In this document: positions 45,831 to 53,825 of the stretch, one piece after another
How positions within the stretch are numbered: the first letter of the stretch is position 1
Layout: each line of letters begins with the position of its first letter
Assembly: GCA_030917865.1 (NCBI GenBank)
Contig: JAUPTX010000003.1
Span: 1 to 60,131 of the forward strand
Origin: Patescibacteria group bacterium
GTDB lineage: Bacteria; Patescibacteriota; Minisyncoccia; Phycocordibacterales; CSBR16-119
Direction: 5' to 3'
Length of the DNA: 60,131 nt
Translations under genes and position numbers: made by a program
Notes under the pieces: generated by a model
Databases searched by the model: none
The model's input: only the letters and a program-made list of their open reading frames with translations
What the model was told of the DNA's origin: nothing

Positions 45831-47294
45831 GTGAGATTTAATATTCCAAAAGAGATAATAAAAGTTATAGATACTCTCGAATCTGCTGGGTTCGAAGGCT
45901 ACATTGTCGGCGGTTGTGTTAGGGATCTTTTGGTGGGGAAGAAGCCAAAAGATTGGGATATTACCACTAACGCCACACCAGAAGATATTCAAAAGATTTT
46001 TCCCGAATCTTTCTATGAAAACACTTTTGGAACCGTCGGTGTGAAAATCGAAGAAACAGAAGACGAAAGCCTGAAGGTCGTAGAGGTGACTCCATACAGA
46101 CTCGAATCAAAATATTCTAATAACAGGCATCCAGACGAGGTAACTTTCAGTAAAAGCTTGGCTGACGATCTAAAGCGTCGAGATTTCACCATGAACGCTA
46201 TTGCATACAATCCAACAAAAGATGAACTTGTTGATCTTTATGACGGACAAGAGGCCATAAAAGACAAGATGGTTATTTGTGTTGGCGACCCTAACGAAAG
46301 ATTCGAAGAAGATGCTTTGAGGATTCTTCGCGCTGTTAGGTTTGCTTGTCAGCATGGTTTTGCTATAGAGCACGAAACAATGAATGCAATGACTCAAAAA
46401 GCTGATCTTTTAGAAAACATATCTTTTGAGAGAATAAGAGATGAGTTTTTAAAAATGTTAATGTCTTCGTTTCCTATGACAGGAATAGCTCTTTCTCAAA
46501 AACTTGGAATCTTTAAATATATAATTCCAGAGCTAGAAGATGGTCTTGGGGTAGAGCAAAACGGGGGACATATATACGATGTTTGGGAGCATAATCTTCG
46601 AACAATGCAACACGCCGCAGATAAAGATTGGCCTCTTCATATAAGACTTTCTGGTCTTTTACATGACATCGGAAAGCCAGCAACTAGAGATTGGTCAAAA
46701 GAAAAGAATGACTATACATTCTATGGGCACGAAGTCGTTGGCGCAAAAATGTCTAAAAAGATTTGTGAGAGATTAAAACTCCCAAACGATTTGACTGAAA
46801 AAGTTGTTAAGCTGGTGAGAAACCACATGTTTTTTGCTGATCCTGAAACAATAACTCACGCTGGTGTTCGAAGGTTGATTGCTCGTGTTGGAAAAGAAAA
46901 TGTTTGGGATTTAGTTGATTTACGAATTTGCGATAGGGTAGGGATGGGAAGACCAAAAGAAGAGCCATACAGACTTCGAAAATATGAATCAATGATAGAA
47001 GAGGTGATGCGTGATCCAGTTTCTGTTGCAATGCTTAAAATTGACGGAGATAGATTTGTGGAGATGGGATATAAGCCGGGCAGGGAAATGGGCTGGGTGT
47101 TGCACTCGCTTCTCGAAGAAGTTCTCGATGACCCAACTAAAAACACAGAAGAATATTTAGAAAAAAGGTCTCGCGAACTTTTTGCAATGCCAGAAGAAAA
47201 TCTAAAAGAATTGGGCGAAGCAGGGAAGAATGCAAAAGAAGAAGCTGAAGATGAAGAGATTTCTAAAATAAGAAAAAGTTATAAGGTGAAATAA
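45831..47294 (+). CDS. cca: tRNA nucleotidyltransferase (CCA-adding, class II) with an HD domain
   Basis: VGGCVRDLL, DWDITT, RRDFTMNA, EDALRILRA, ERIRDE, HDIGKP; GTG start. Confidence 0.92.
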   Translation: MRFNIPKEIIKVIDTLESAGFEGYIVGGCVRDLLVGKKPKDWDITTNATPEDIQKIFPESFYENTFGTVGVKIEETEDESLKVVEVTPYRLESKYSNNRHPDEVTFSKSLADDLKRRDFTMNAIAYNPTKDELVDLYDGQEAIKDKMVICVGDPNERFEEDALRILRAVRFACQHGFAIEHETMNAMTQKADLLENISFERIRDEFLKMLMSSFPMTGIALSQKLGIFKYIIPELEDGLGVEQNGGHIYDVWEHNLRTMQHAADKDWPLHIRLSGLLHDIGKPATRDWSKEKNDYTFYGHEVVGAKMSKKICERLKLPNDLTEKVVKLVRNHMFFADPETITHAGVRRLIARVGKENVWDLVDLRICDRVGMGRPKEEPYRLRKYESMIEEVMRDPVSVAMLKIDGDRFVEMGYKPGREMGWVLHSLLEEVLDDPTKNTEEYLEKRSRELFAMPEENLKELGEAGKNAKEEAEDEEISKIRKSYKVK

Positions 47295-47352
47295 AAATAA
47301 AAAAGAACGCCCGACCTCTTGCGAGATCGGGCGTTTGACGTTACGGCTTTGC

Positions 47353-47784
47353 CTATGCGGCGCTGTGCAGGGGGCGGAAGCGCTCTTGTGTACCTTCCAA
47401 CATGTCTCCCAAGATGCGAGCACGATCATGTTCTCCGAACAGGATTCGTCCACCACTGTCGTGGGGGCGTTTGGAGAAGGTTGCTCGTTCGTATCCTCTG
47501 ATCTTCTCGATAAGGGTTCGTTGACCGTCGAGGCTCAGCTCGTTGAACAATCTATTCAACTTTTCCATCCGACCTTCAAACATGGCAACGTTCTTTGTGT
47601 CGGCATACTTCACCGCAGCCCTGATCGTGAAGAAGTCCCACCCTTTGACAGGGTTTTGGGTTACGAACCTTCGGAAAGCTGCGATCTGCTTCCTGTGATC
47701 GTTCATGAGAAGGATGTTCCAGAGTGCATATGCCTGTATAGACATGTGCATGAACACGAGAATGGGCGAATTCTTTCTTTTCAT
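47353..47784 (-). CDS. Hypothetical protein, G+C-richer orphan
   Basis: ORF from the ATG at 47784; TAGACA-16-TATTAT promoter at 47824-47851; hairpin terminator at ~47305-47337. Confidence 0.55.
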   Translation of the reverse strand: MKRKNSPILVFMHMSIQAYALWNILLMNDHRKQIAAFRRFVTQNPVKGWDFFTIRAAVKYADTKNVAMFEGRMEKLNRLFNELSLDGQRTLIEKIRGYERATFSKRPHDSGGRILFGEHDRARILGDMLEGTQERFRPLHSAA

Positions 47785-47917
47785 CCGTTGGTTTGGTGTT
47801 ATGCTCAAAGAGCGTTCTTTTACATAATACTGAAAAAAAATTTTTTGTCTATGTTTTATATAAAATTAAAAAGGCCCGCCCTTTGGTGGGGGCAGGCCTG
47901 TTTCGGTCGCTGGTCGC

Positions 47918-48310
47918 CTATGCGGCGATCTTCCTGCGGAAGACACCGAGGTCTCCGCAGAAGAAATCAATAGCATCCTGCACCCCGCTCATGTCCTTGT
48001 GGTTGGACTTGAGCAGGGCTCCGATGATGATACGTCGGATGTTCTTGTCCGACTCGCTGCTGTAGACGATGCAGGCATCATCTACCACGTCCGCCATGAA
48101 GGCGTTGTGTTCTTCGTTGGCGAACATGAAGAATGTTGCCAGCATGTCCCTCAGAGGCTGTCCTTCGATGAGGGCGATTCGACCAAGGAGTCCGGTTCGC
48201 ATAGCCTTCACCATGGAGTTAACTGCATCCTGTTTGAGTTCAGGAGTGCGGATCTCCTTTGCAAAGGAGCGGATGTCCGAAAGCAGGTTAACCAGATCTT
48301 GTGTACTCAT
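47918..48310 (-). CDS. Hypothetical helical protein, G+C-richer orphan
   Basis: 130 aa, ATG start, flanked by hairpins at ~47870-47900 and ~48353-48383. Confidence 0.6.
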   Translation of the reverse strand: MSTQDLVNLLSDIRSFAKEIRTPELKQDAVNSMVKAMRTGLLGRIALIEGQPLRDMLATFFMFANEEHNAFMADVVDDACIVYSSESDKNIRRIIIGALLKSNHKDMSGVQDAIDFFCGDLGVFRRKIAA

Positions 48311-48394
48311 TTTCGTATGTTCTGTAGGGTTAATGTTCAGTTTCTTAATTTTAAATAGCGGCGCCCTACGGGCGCCGCTATTTATTTCTTCAAT

Positions 48395-48793
48395 CTACAA
48401 AACTATTAAAAATTTAGGTAAAAATATTATAAGTCCGATAATGCTTGCAGTTATTGAAGCCAGCAAAACTGCACCAGCTGCAACATCTTTTGTATATTTT
48501 GCATATTCGTGATATTCCGGAGAGGTTAGATCTATATCAAATTCAAAAGCTGTGTTCAGTGTCTCTGTTACTAAAACAAATCCAATAGATAAAACAACAA
48601 ATAGCCATTCTGTCTGTGAGATATTAAAAACAAACCCAAACCAAATCGCTATGGCACCAACCACTATTTGCACCCATGCATTGTGCGTTGTTTTGAGGAA
48701 AACCTTTAATCCATTTCCCGCATTTTCAAAACTTTGAATTCTTTTAATTATACTAAATACTTGTTTTTCAGATTTTATATTTTTATTTCTCAT
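48395..48793 (-). CDS. dgkA: Diacylglycerol/undecaprenol kinase (DgkA family)
   Basis: SF.NA.NG, ETLNTAFE, AK.TKDVAAGAVL. Confidence 0.92.
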   Translation of the reverse strand: MRNKNIKSEKQVFSIIKRIQSFENAGNGLKVFLKTTHNAWVQIVVGAIAIWFGFVFNISQTEWLFVVLSIGFVLVTETLNTAFEFDIDLTSPEYHEYAKYTKDVAAGAVLLASITASIIGLIIFLPKFLIVL

Positions 48794-48805
48794 TACTTTA
48801 TTTTA

Positions 48806-49570
48806 CTACAAATTTATTTCAATTGGGCAGTGATCTGAGCCCATAAAGTCAGAATGTGTTTTAAAGTTTTTAATTTTCGGTAAAAGAGTAGGGGAGACAA
48901 AGAAATAGTCTATTCTCCATCCGACATTTCTTTCACGTGCTCTGGTTTTTTGATCCCAGTAAGTATAAACATCTTTTTTGTTTGGATAAAAATGTCTAAA
49001 AACATCTGTGTAGCCTTCTGTGACCACCTCGTCTACCCATGCGCGCTCTTCTGGTAAAAATCCAACATGCTTTTCGTTTTCTTTTGGTCTCGCAATATCT
49101 ATTTCTGTGTGTGCCACATTTAGATCTCCAGTAAAGATAATATTTTTATTTATTTTTTTAAGTTTGTTTACGTACTTTAAGAAAAAATCATAAAACTCTA
49201 ATTTATATTGAAGTCTTTCTTTTGGTCCTCCGCCGTTAGGGAAGTAGCAGTTTATTAAAATAAAATCTTTAAAGTGTAGGGTGATTGTTCGTCCTTCGTC
49301 ATCATCTCCTGGCATTTCTATGCCGTAAAAAACTTTTTTAGGTTTTTCTTTTGCATACACAGCTACACCCGAGTATCCTTTTTTAATTTTTGAACTCGAG
49401 AAAAAAGAAGTGTAACCAGCCGGTTCTAAAATTTCTTTTGTTAGTTGAGATACTTCTGCTTTGGTTTCTTGTAGGCAAAGTATATCTGGTTTTAATTTAA
49501 AAATGGCATCAAAAGATCCCTTTTTAACTCCAGCCCTGATTCCGTTTATATTCCAAGATATTATTCTCAT
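48806..49570 (-). CDS. xth: Exodeoxyribonuclease III
   Basis: SWNINGIRA, LQETK, GYSGVA, GDLNVAH, GWRIDY, SDHCP. Confidence 0.97.
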   Translation of the reverse strand: MRIISWNINGIRAGVKKGSFDAIFKLKPDILCLQETKAEVSQLTKEILEPAGYTSFFSSSKIKKGYSGVAVYAKEKPKKVFYGIEMPGDDDEGRTITLHFKDFILINCYFPNGGGPKERLQYKLEFYDFFLKYVNKLKKINKNIIFTGDLNVAHTEIDIARPKENEKHVGFLPEERAWVDEVVTEGYTDVFRHFYPNKKDVYTYWDQKTRARERNVGWRIDYFFVSPTLLPKIKNFKTHSDFMGSDHCPIEINL

Positions 49571-49653
49571 GAATTTATTATATCAAAAACAAAAATCTTT
49601 ATTGTTTGACAAATTGTATTTTTAGTGTATAATTTGAATTAAATTATTAAACC

Positions 49654-49752
49654 ATGGAGAACTTCCGCGATTGGCTTAATAAAGAGGCCTCACAGTACGT
49701 GTTCGGCTTCCTGATCGTTGTGCTCCTCGTCATCTGTACCCATGTCGGGTAG
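49654..49752 (+). CDS. 32-aa single-TM small protein (not in the ORF track)
   Basis: MENFRDWLNKEASQYVFGFLIVVLLVICTHVG; TTGACA-16-TATAAT promoter at 49606-49633; downstream hairpin. Confidence 0.5.
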   Translation: MENFRDWLNKEASQYVFGFLIVVLLVICTHVG

Positions 49753-49800
49753 AGTGGCGAGGTGAAAGAGTAAAGGGGTGGCCGCAGGCCGCCCCTTCTT

Positions 49801-50457
49801 TTATTTAATTTTCTTTAAAAGGGTTATAACAAAAATTTCGTTTTCGGCACCTTCTATAACTATATGATCTTGTTTAACTACCTCAAAATCTTCTCCGTAT
49901 ATTTCTTTTATTTCTTCATCTTTGAAAAAGTAGTAGTGAACACCCTCGGCTTGGAATTCACCGCTTTCAGAATTTGCCGGAGAAAAGTTTAAAAATTGTT
50001 TTGTGTTTTTTGAAAAAGAAACATTTAACACGTGTCCACCTGTTTTTAAAACTCTGGAAATTTCTTTACTATAATTTTTAAAATCCTGATTGTTTAGATG
50101 TTGAACCAATCCAAAGTCGGTAATTAAATCAAAAGAATTATCTTGAAAATTGGTATTAAAAACATCGCCAACTATAAACCTCATTTTGTCTGAAAGTCCA
50201 CGATACTTAACTTCTTCGTTGTTTGTTTTGACTAATTTTTCTACATAATCAATACCGATAACTTTAAATCCCATATCAACAAAAACAAAAGGCCAAACAC
50301 CTCTTCCGCTTCCAACATCTAAAACAAAACCAGGCTTTGGGATTTTTGAAATAAATTCAAAAACTTTTTTTCTATAATTTTTATGCGTCCAAATATCAGA
50401 CCCTGTTCTATATGCTGTTTCAAAAAATTTTTTTTGTAAGTCGTACATTAGAAACAT
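49801..50457 (-). CDS. Class I SAM-dependent methyltransferase
   Basis: VLDVGSGRG, GIDY, VGDVF, SRVLKTGG. Confidence 0.88.
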   Translation of the reverse strand: MFLMYDLQKKFFETAYRTGSDIWTHKNYRKKVFEFISKIPKPGFVLDVGSGRGVWPFVFVDMGFKVIGIDYVEKLVKTNNEEVKYRGLSDKMRFIVGDVFNTNFQDNSFDLITDFGLVQHLNNQDFKNYSKEISRVLKTGGHVLNVSFSKNTKQFLNFSPANSESGEFQAEGVHYYFFKDEEIKEIYGEDFEVVKQDHIVIEGAENEIFVITLLKKIK

Positions 50458-50526
50458 TTTAACATTTTTATGTTTGCAAAAAAGTTTTTGTGGGTGTATA
50501 AATTAAATAAATCAAACCGCCAGATC

Positions 50527-50712
50527 ATGATCTTACAAATCCTCCAATCTTTGCCAAGTGGAGCCTATCCCATTCTTTTTGTGACTGGGGCGTTGTTCCT
50601 CTGGTTGTTTATACGCAATCACGGAGCTACGGCACCTGATGTGTATTCAGAAAACATGAAAGATCTTGTCAAAAATGGCAAGATGGCCGGTCGATACGAG
50701 ACTGGCAAATGA
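50527..50712 (+). CDS. Small single-TM hypothetical protein
   Basis: ATG at 50527, 61 aa, G+C-richer, followed by a GC hairpin. Confidence 0.45.
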   Translation: MILQILQSLPSGAYPILFVTGALFLWLFIRNHGATAPDVYSENMKDLVKNGKMAGRYETGK

Positions 50713-50746
50713 GCCCCGCGGGAATCCCGACCGGGGTTCTCGCATT

Positions 50747-51667
50747 TTATTTTTTCTTCTTGCTATGGAATTTTTGGTGAATCTCTTTTAGTTTAGAATC
50801 TGTAACGTGGGTATATATTTGTGTTGTTGCGATGTTTGCATGGCCGAGCATCATTTGCACGCTTCTTATATCTGCTCCGTTTTGAAGTAGATCTGTTGCG
50901 AAAGAGTGTCGGATCACGTGCGGCGTCACCTTTTTAGAAATACCTGCTTTTATCGCGTATTTTTTAACAAGCCTCTCGATTGACCTTGTCGTTAATCTTC
51001 CACCCTTTTTATCTTCTTTATTTTTACTCATTTGCACGAACATTGCTTCGTCAAAATCTTTTCGTTCTTTCAGATATTTTTTAATAGCCTCTTTAGCTGT
51101 TGGAGAAAGAAAAACAACTCGGACTTTTTCACCTTTTCCTCTGATAGAAAATTCATCTTTGGATAAATCTAAATCTTTGTTCAAGCTCGCAAGTTCTGAA
51201 ACACGAAGACCAGTAGAGAAAAAAAGTTCTAGTATTGCTTTGTCGCGAAGTGCGGAAGGGGAGTCACCTTCGGGTGCGTTTAAAAGTCGCGCAAGTTCGT
51301 TTTCTGTTATAAGGTCAAGACTTCTTTGAGAAATTTTTGCAAGTTCTATTTTGTCTGGTGTGAGGGTTTTTACACCACGTTTTAGCATGTATTTTAGAAA
51401 TGTTCGCAGGGCTATCAGGTGATAGTTTTGAGTATTCTTTTTAAGGTTTGCTTGAGATTGGCCTTTTACTTTTATACCAAGTTGACGGTTTAGGTAAATT
51501 CTAAATTCGCGAACCTTGTCTTCTGTTATACCACCAACATCTTTTATTTTCGCAAATTCAAAAAACCGAGTCAGATATCTGTCGTAGTTTTCGACAGTTT
51601 TAAGAGAAAGACCTTTTTCAATTTCTAAATATTCTAAGAACTGTATTTTTGCAGAGTTTGATTGCAT
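50747..51667 (-). CDS. XerC/XerD-type tyrosine recombinase
   Basis: RDKAILELFFSTGLRVSEL, GKG.KVR, HVIRHSFATDLL, LGHA...TTQIYTHV. Confidence 0.95.
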   Translation of the reverse strand: MQSNSAKIQFLEYLEIEKGLSLKTVENYDRYLTRFFEFAKIKDVGGITEDKVREFRIYLNRQLGIKVKGQSQANLKKNTQNYHLIALRTFLKYMLKRGVKTLTPDKIELAKISQRSLDLITENELARLLNAPEGDSPSALRDKAILELFFSTGLRVSELASLNKDLDLSKDEFSIRGKGEKVRVVFLSPTAKEAIKKYLKERKDFDEAMFVQMSKNKEDKKGGRLTTRSIERLVKKYAIKAGISKKVTPHVIRHSFATDLLQNGADIRSVQMMLGHANIATTQIYTHVTDSKLKEIHQKFHSKKKK

Positions 51668-51770
51668 GGAATAATTTTAGCATAAATTTAATGTCGGAAA
51701 ACGTTTTGTAAAATTACAAAATGAAAGGCCCTGCTGTGGGCAGGGCCTTCATCTTAGACTTGACTGGTGT

Positions 51771-52094
51771 TTACCAGTAGTCGAGCATACTCATCGATCC
51801 TTCGGGGTTGCCGGGATAGTCGAACGGATCAATATTCTCGCCGTCTTGATAATTGTTTCGGAAAATCCCCCTTCTGCCCCGTGCTCGGTCAAGTGCATCC
51901 ATGTCTTCTCCGTATTGAAGTCGACTTTCTTCGGGAAACTCCCTTAGAAACTCCTCCATATCACGCGCATTTTCATCTTCGATCTTTTGCATTTCTGCTT
52001 CGATCGCCAGCCTTGTTTCTTCTTCGGCTGTGAGTTGTTCAATTATCAACTCTTTATTGGCCCGCTTTTGGGCCTTTCGATTGAAACGGCTCAT
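51771..52094 (-). CDS. Hypothetical charged protein, G+C-richer orphan
   Basis: 107 aa; TTGACA-16-TATAAT promoter at 52125-52152; hairpin terminator at ~51722-51752. Confidence 0.6.
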   Translation of the reverse strand: MSRFNRKAQKRANKELIIEQLTAEEETRLAIEAEMQKIEDENARDMEEFLREFPEESRLQYGEDMDALDRARGRRGIFRNNYQDGENIDPFDYPGNPEGSMSMLDYW

Positions 52095-52381
52095 GGTGTA
52101 TTTAGGTTAGGTTCTATTTATCCTATTATATCATATATAATTATTTTGTCAAATAAAGTTAGGTAGCCACTCTCGACCCTACACGAGAACACCGTAAAGA
52201 AAATAATAGATTTTGTCTTAAAAACCAGCACTGTTTAAGCAAAAACCAAAAGTGTCTATACACTTTTGGTTTTTGTGAGTTTGCAGGTTTTTTGACTTAA
52301 AATCTATTGTTTTTAGGTGTGAAGTGTGGGTCTAGAGTTTTTGTTACTTTTTTATCATGAAAAAAGTAAGGCTAAATTAAC

Positions 52382-52410
52382 TTGACAAACCCTCATCTTT
52401 TTGCTATTAT
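52382..52410 (+). promoter_or_regulatory. sigma70-type promoter of rpsO
   Basis: TTGACA-17-TATTAT. Confidence 0.65.
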
Positions 52411-52516
52411 ATGCCAAGTTTCGTATTAAAAATTTTTAATAAATAAAAACAAAAAGAGGTGTTAAGGGATTAACCGCCTCTTGCGAAACTTTTCTATATA
52501 TAGTAATATCCGAGCT

Positions 52517-52780
52517 ATGTTAAAAACAGCGAAAAAACAAAAGATAATCAAGAAAGCAGCAGTACACGGTACTGACACTGGATCTTCAGAGGTTCAGGTG
52601 GCTGTTCTTTCAGAGAGAATCAAAGAGCTTTCGTCTCACCTAAAGACTCACAAGAAAGATAATCACTCAAGAAGAGGACTTATCAAGCTTGTATCTAAGA
52701 GAAGAAAGCACTTAAAATATCTTGAAAGAAAAGATAAAGTTGCTTACGACAAGATTGTCGCTGATCTAAAGATTAGCTAA
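52517..52780 (+). CDS. rpsO: 30S ribosomal protein S15
   Basis: [29 protein letters not shown]; ATG at 52517. Confidence 0.97.
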   Translation: MLKTAKKQKIIKKAAVHGTDTGSSEVQVAVLSERIKELSSHLKTHKKDNHSRRGLIKLVSKRRKHLKYLERKDKVAYDKIVADLKIS

Positions 52781-53062
52781 ATGAAAACAAAAATCCCGAA
52801 AGGGATTTTTGTTTTTGGTGATACTATATATATATGTAAGAATATTTATATTTTACAACTTTTTTATAAGAAGAAAGATTTTCTAAATAATCTACTTACT
52901 TTTGCCTTGAAGCAAAAGTAACAAAAATTCAAGACCTAATTAAATATTGCTTAAAATATATTATTTTTGCGTCGTAATATTTAAAACGGTCAAAAGATTT
53001 TAATTTAAAATAACTTTTTAATATTAAGCTAATGGCAAATAGCTATTAGCTAAAAGCTAACA

Positions 53063-53662
53063 ATGATAATAAAACACAAAGAACAAAGAGTTGGTGTCTT
53101 TATCGACACACAAAACCTATACCATTCAGCAAAAAATCTGTATGGTCACAAAGTAAACTTCGCCGAGATTGTAAAAGACGCTCTGGCGGGAAGAAAGCTA
53201 ATCCGTGCGATGGCGTATGTTATCGCCTCTGTTGCAGAAACAGAACAAGGTTTTTTTGAAGCTTTAAACAAAAACGGAATAGAAACAAAGATAAAAGATT
53301 TGCAGGTTTTTGCTGGTGGGTCTAAAAAGGGTGACTGGGATGTGGGTTTGGCGGTAGATGCTATAACCATGGCGCCAAAGCTCGATGCGGTGATAATAAT
53401 TTCTGGCGACGGAGATTTTGTACCGTTGGTTAAATATTTGCAAATACATTCTGGTATTCAGGTGGAGGTCGCTTCTTTTGCACAGTCTTCTTCTGCAAAG
53501 CTCATAGAAGAATGTGACGACTTTATGGATCTTTCAAAAAATCCAGAGAAATATCTGATTGGATTTCGTCCCAGAAAAAACAAAAAGAAGAATAAAAAAC
53601 CAAACCAATCTCAGAATAAAAACGAAGGGAATGTGACAATCAGTCGCGTTAAACCAGAATAA
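53063..53662 (+). CDS. NYN domain (LabA/DUF88, PIN-like) protein
   Basis: VFIDTQNLY, KKGDWDVGLAVD, SGDGDFVPL, DDFMDL. Confidence 0.92.
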   Translation: MIIKHKEQRVGVFIDTQNLYHSAKNLYGHKVNFAEIVKDALAGRKLIRAMAYVIASVAETEQGFFEALNKNGIETKIKDLQVFAGGSKKGDWDVGLAVDAITMAPKLDAVIIISGDGDFVPLVKYLQIHSGIQVEVASFAQSSSAKLIEECDDFMDLSKNPEKYLIGFRPRKNKKKNKKPNQSQNKNEGNVTISRVKPE

Positions 53663-53825
53663 CAAAGGCACCGCTTCGGCGGTGTTCTTGTTTTTAAGTA
53701 AGAAAAAACATATACTAAAAAAGTTATAAGTTAATCGTTTGTTTTTAGGCAGGTAGAGTTGAAATCAATAGATTTCAATCCTAAAGCCTGAAAATAAACT
53801 AAGCCTAAGGGCTGATTAGATAAAT

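Noticed and set aside
47319-48512. Plus-strand ORFs such as 47335-47973 and 48069-48512
   Set aside because: They are antisense shadows of the minus-strand genes, which have the promoter and terminator context.
50747-51667. Prophage, integron or genomic island integrase
   Set aside because: Looks like a chromosomal XerC/D-type enzyme; no phage genes, attC array or flanking att repeats are visible.
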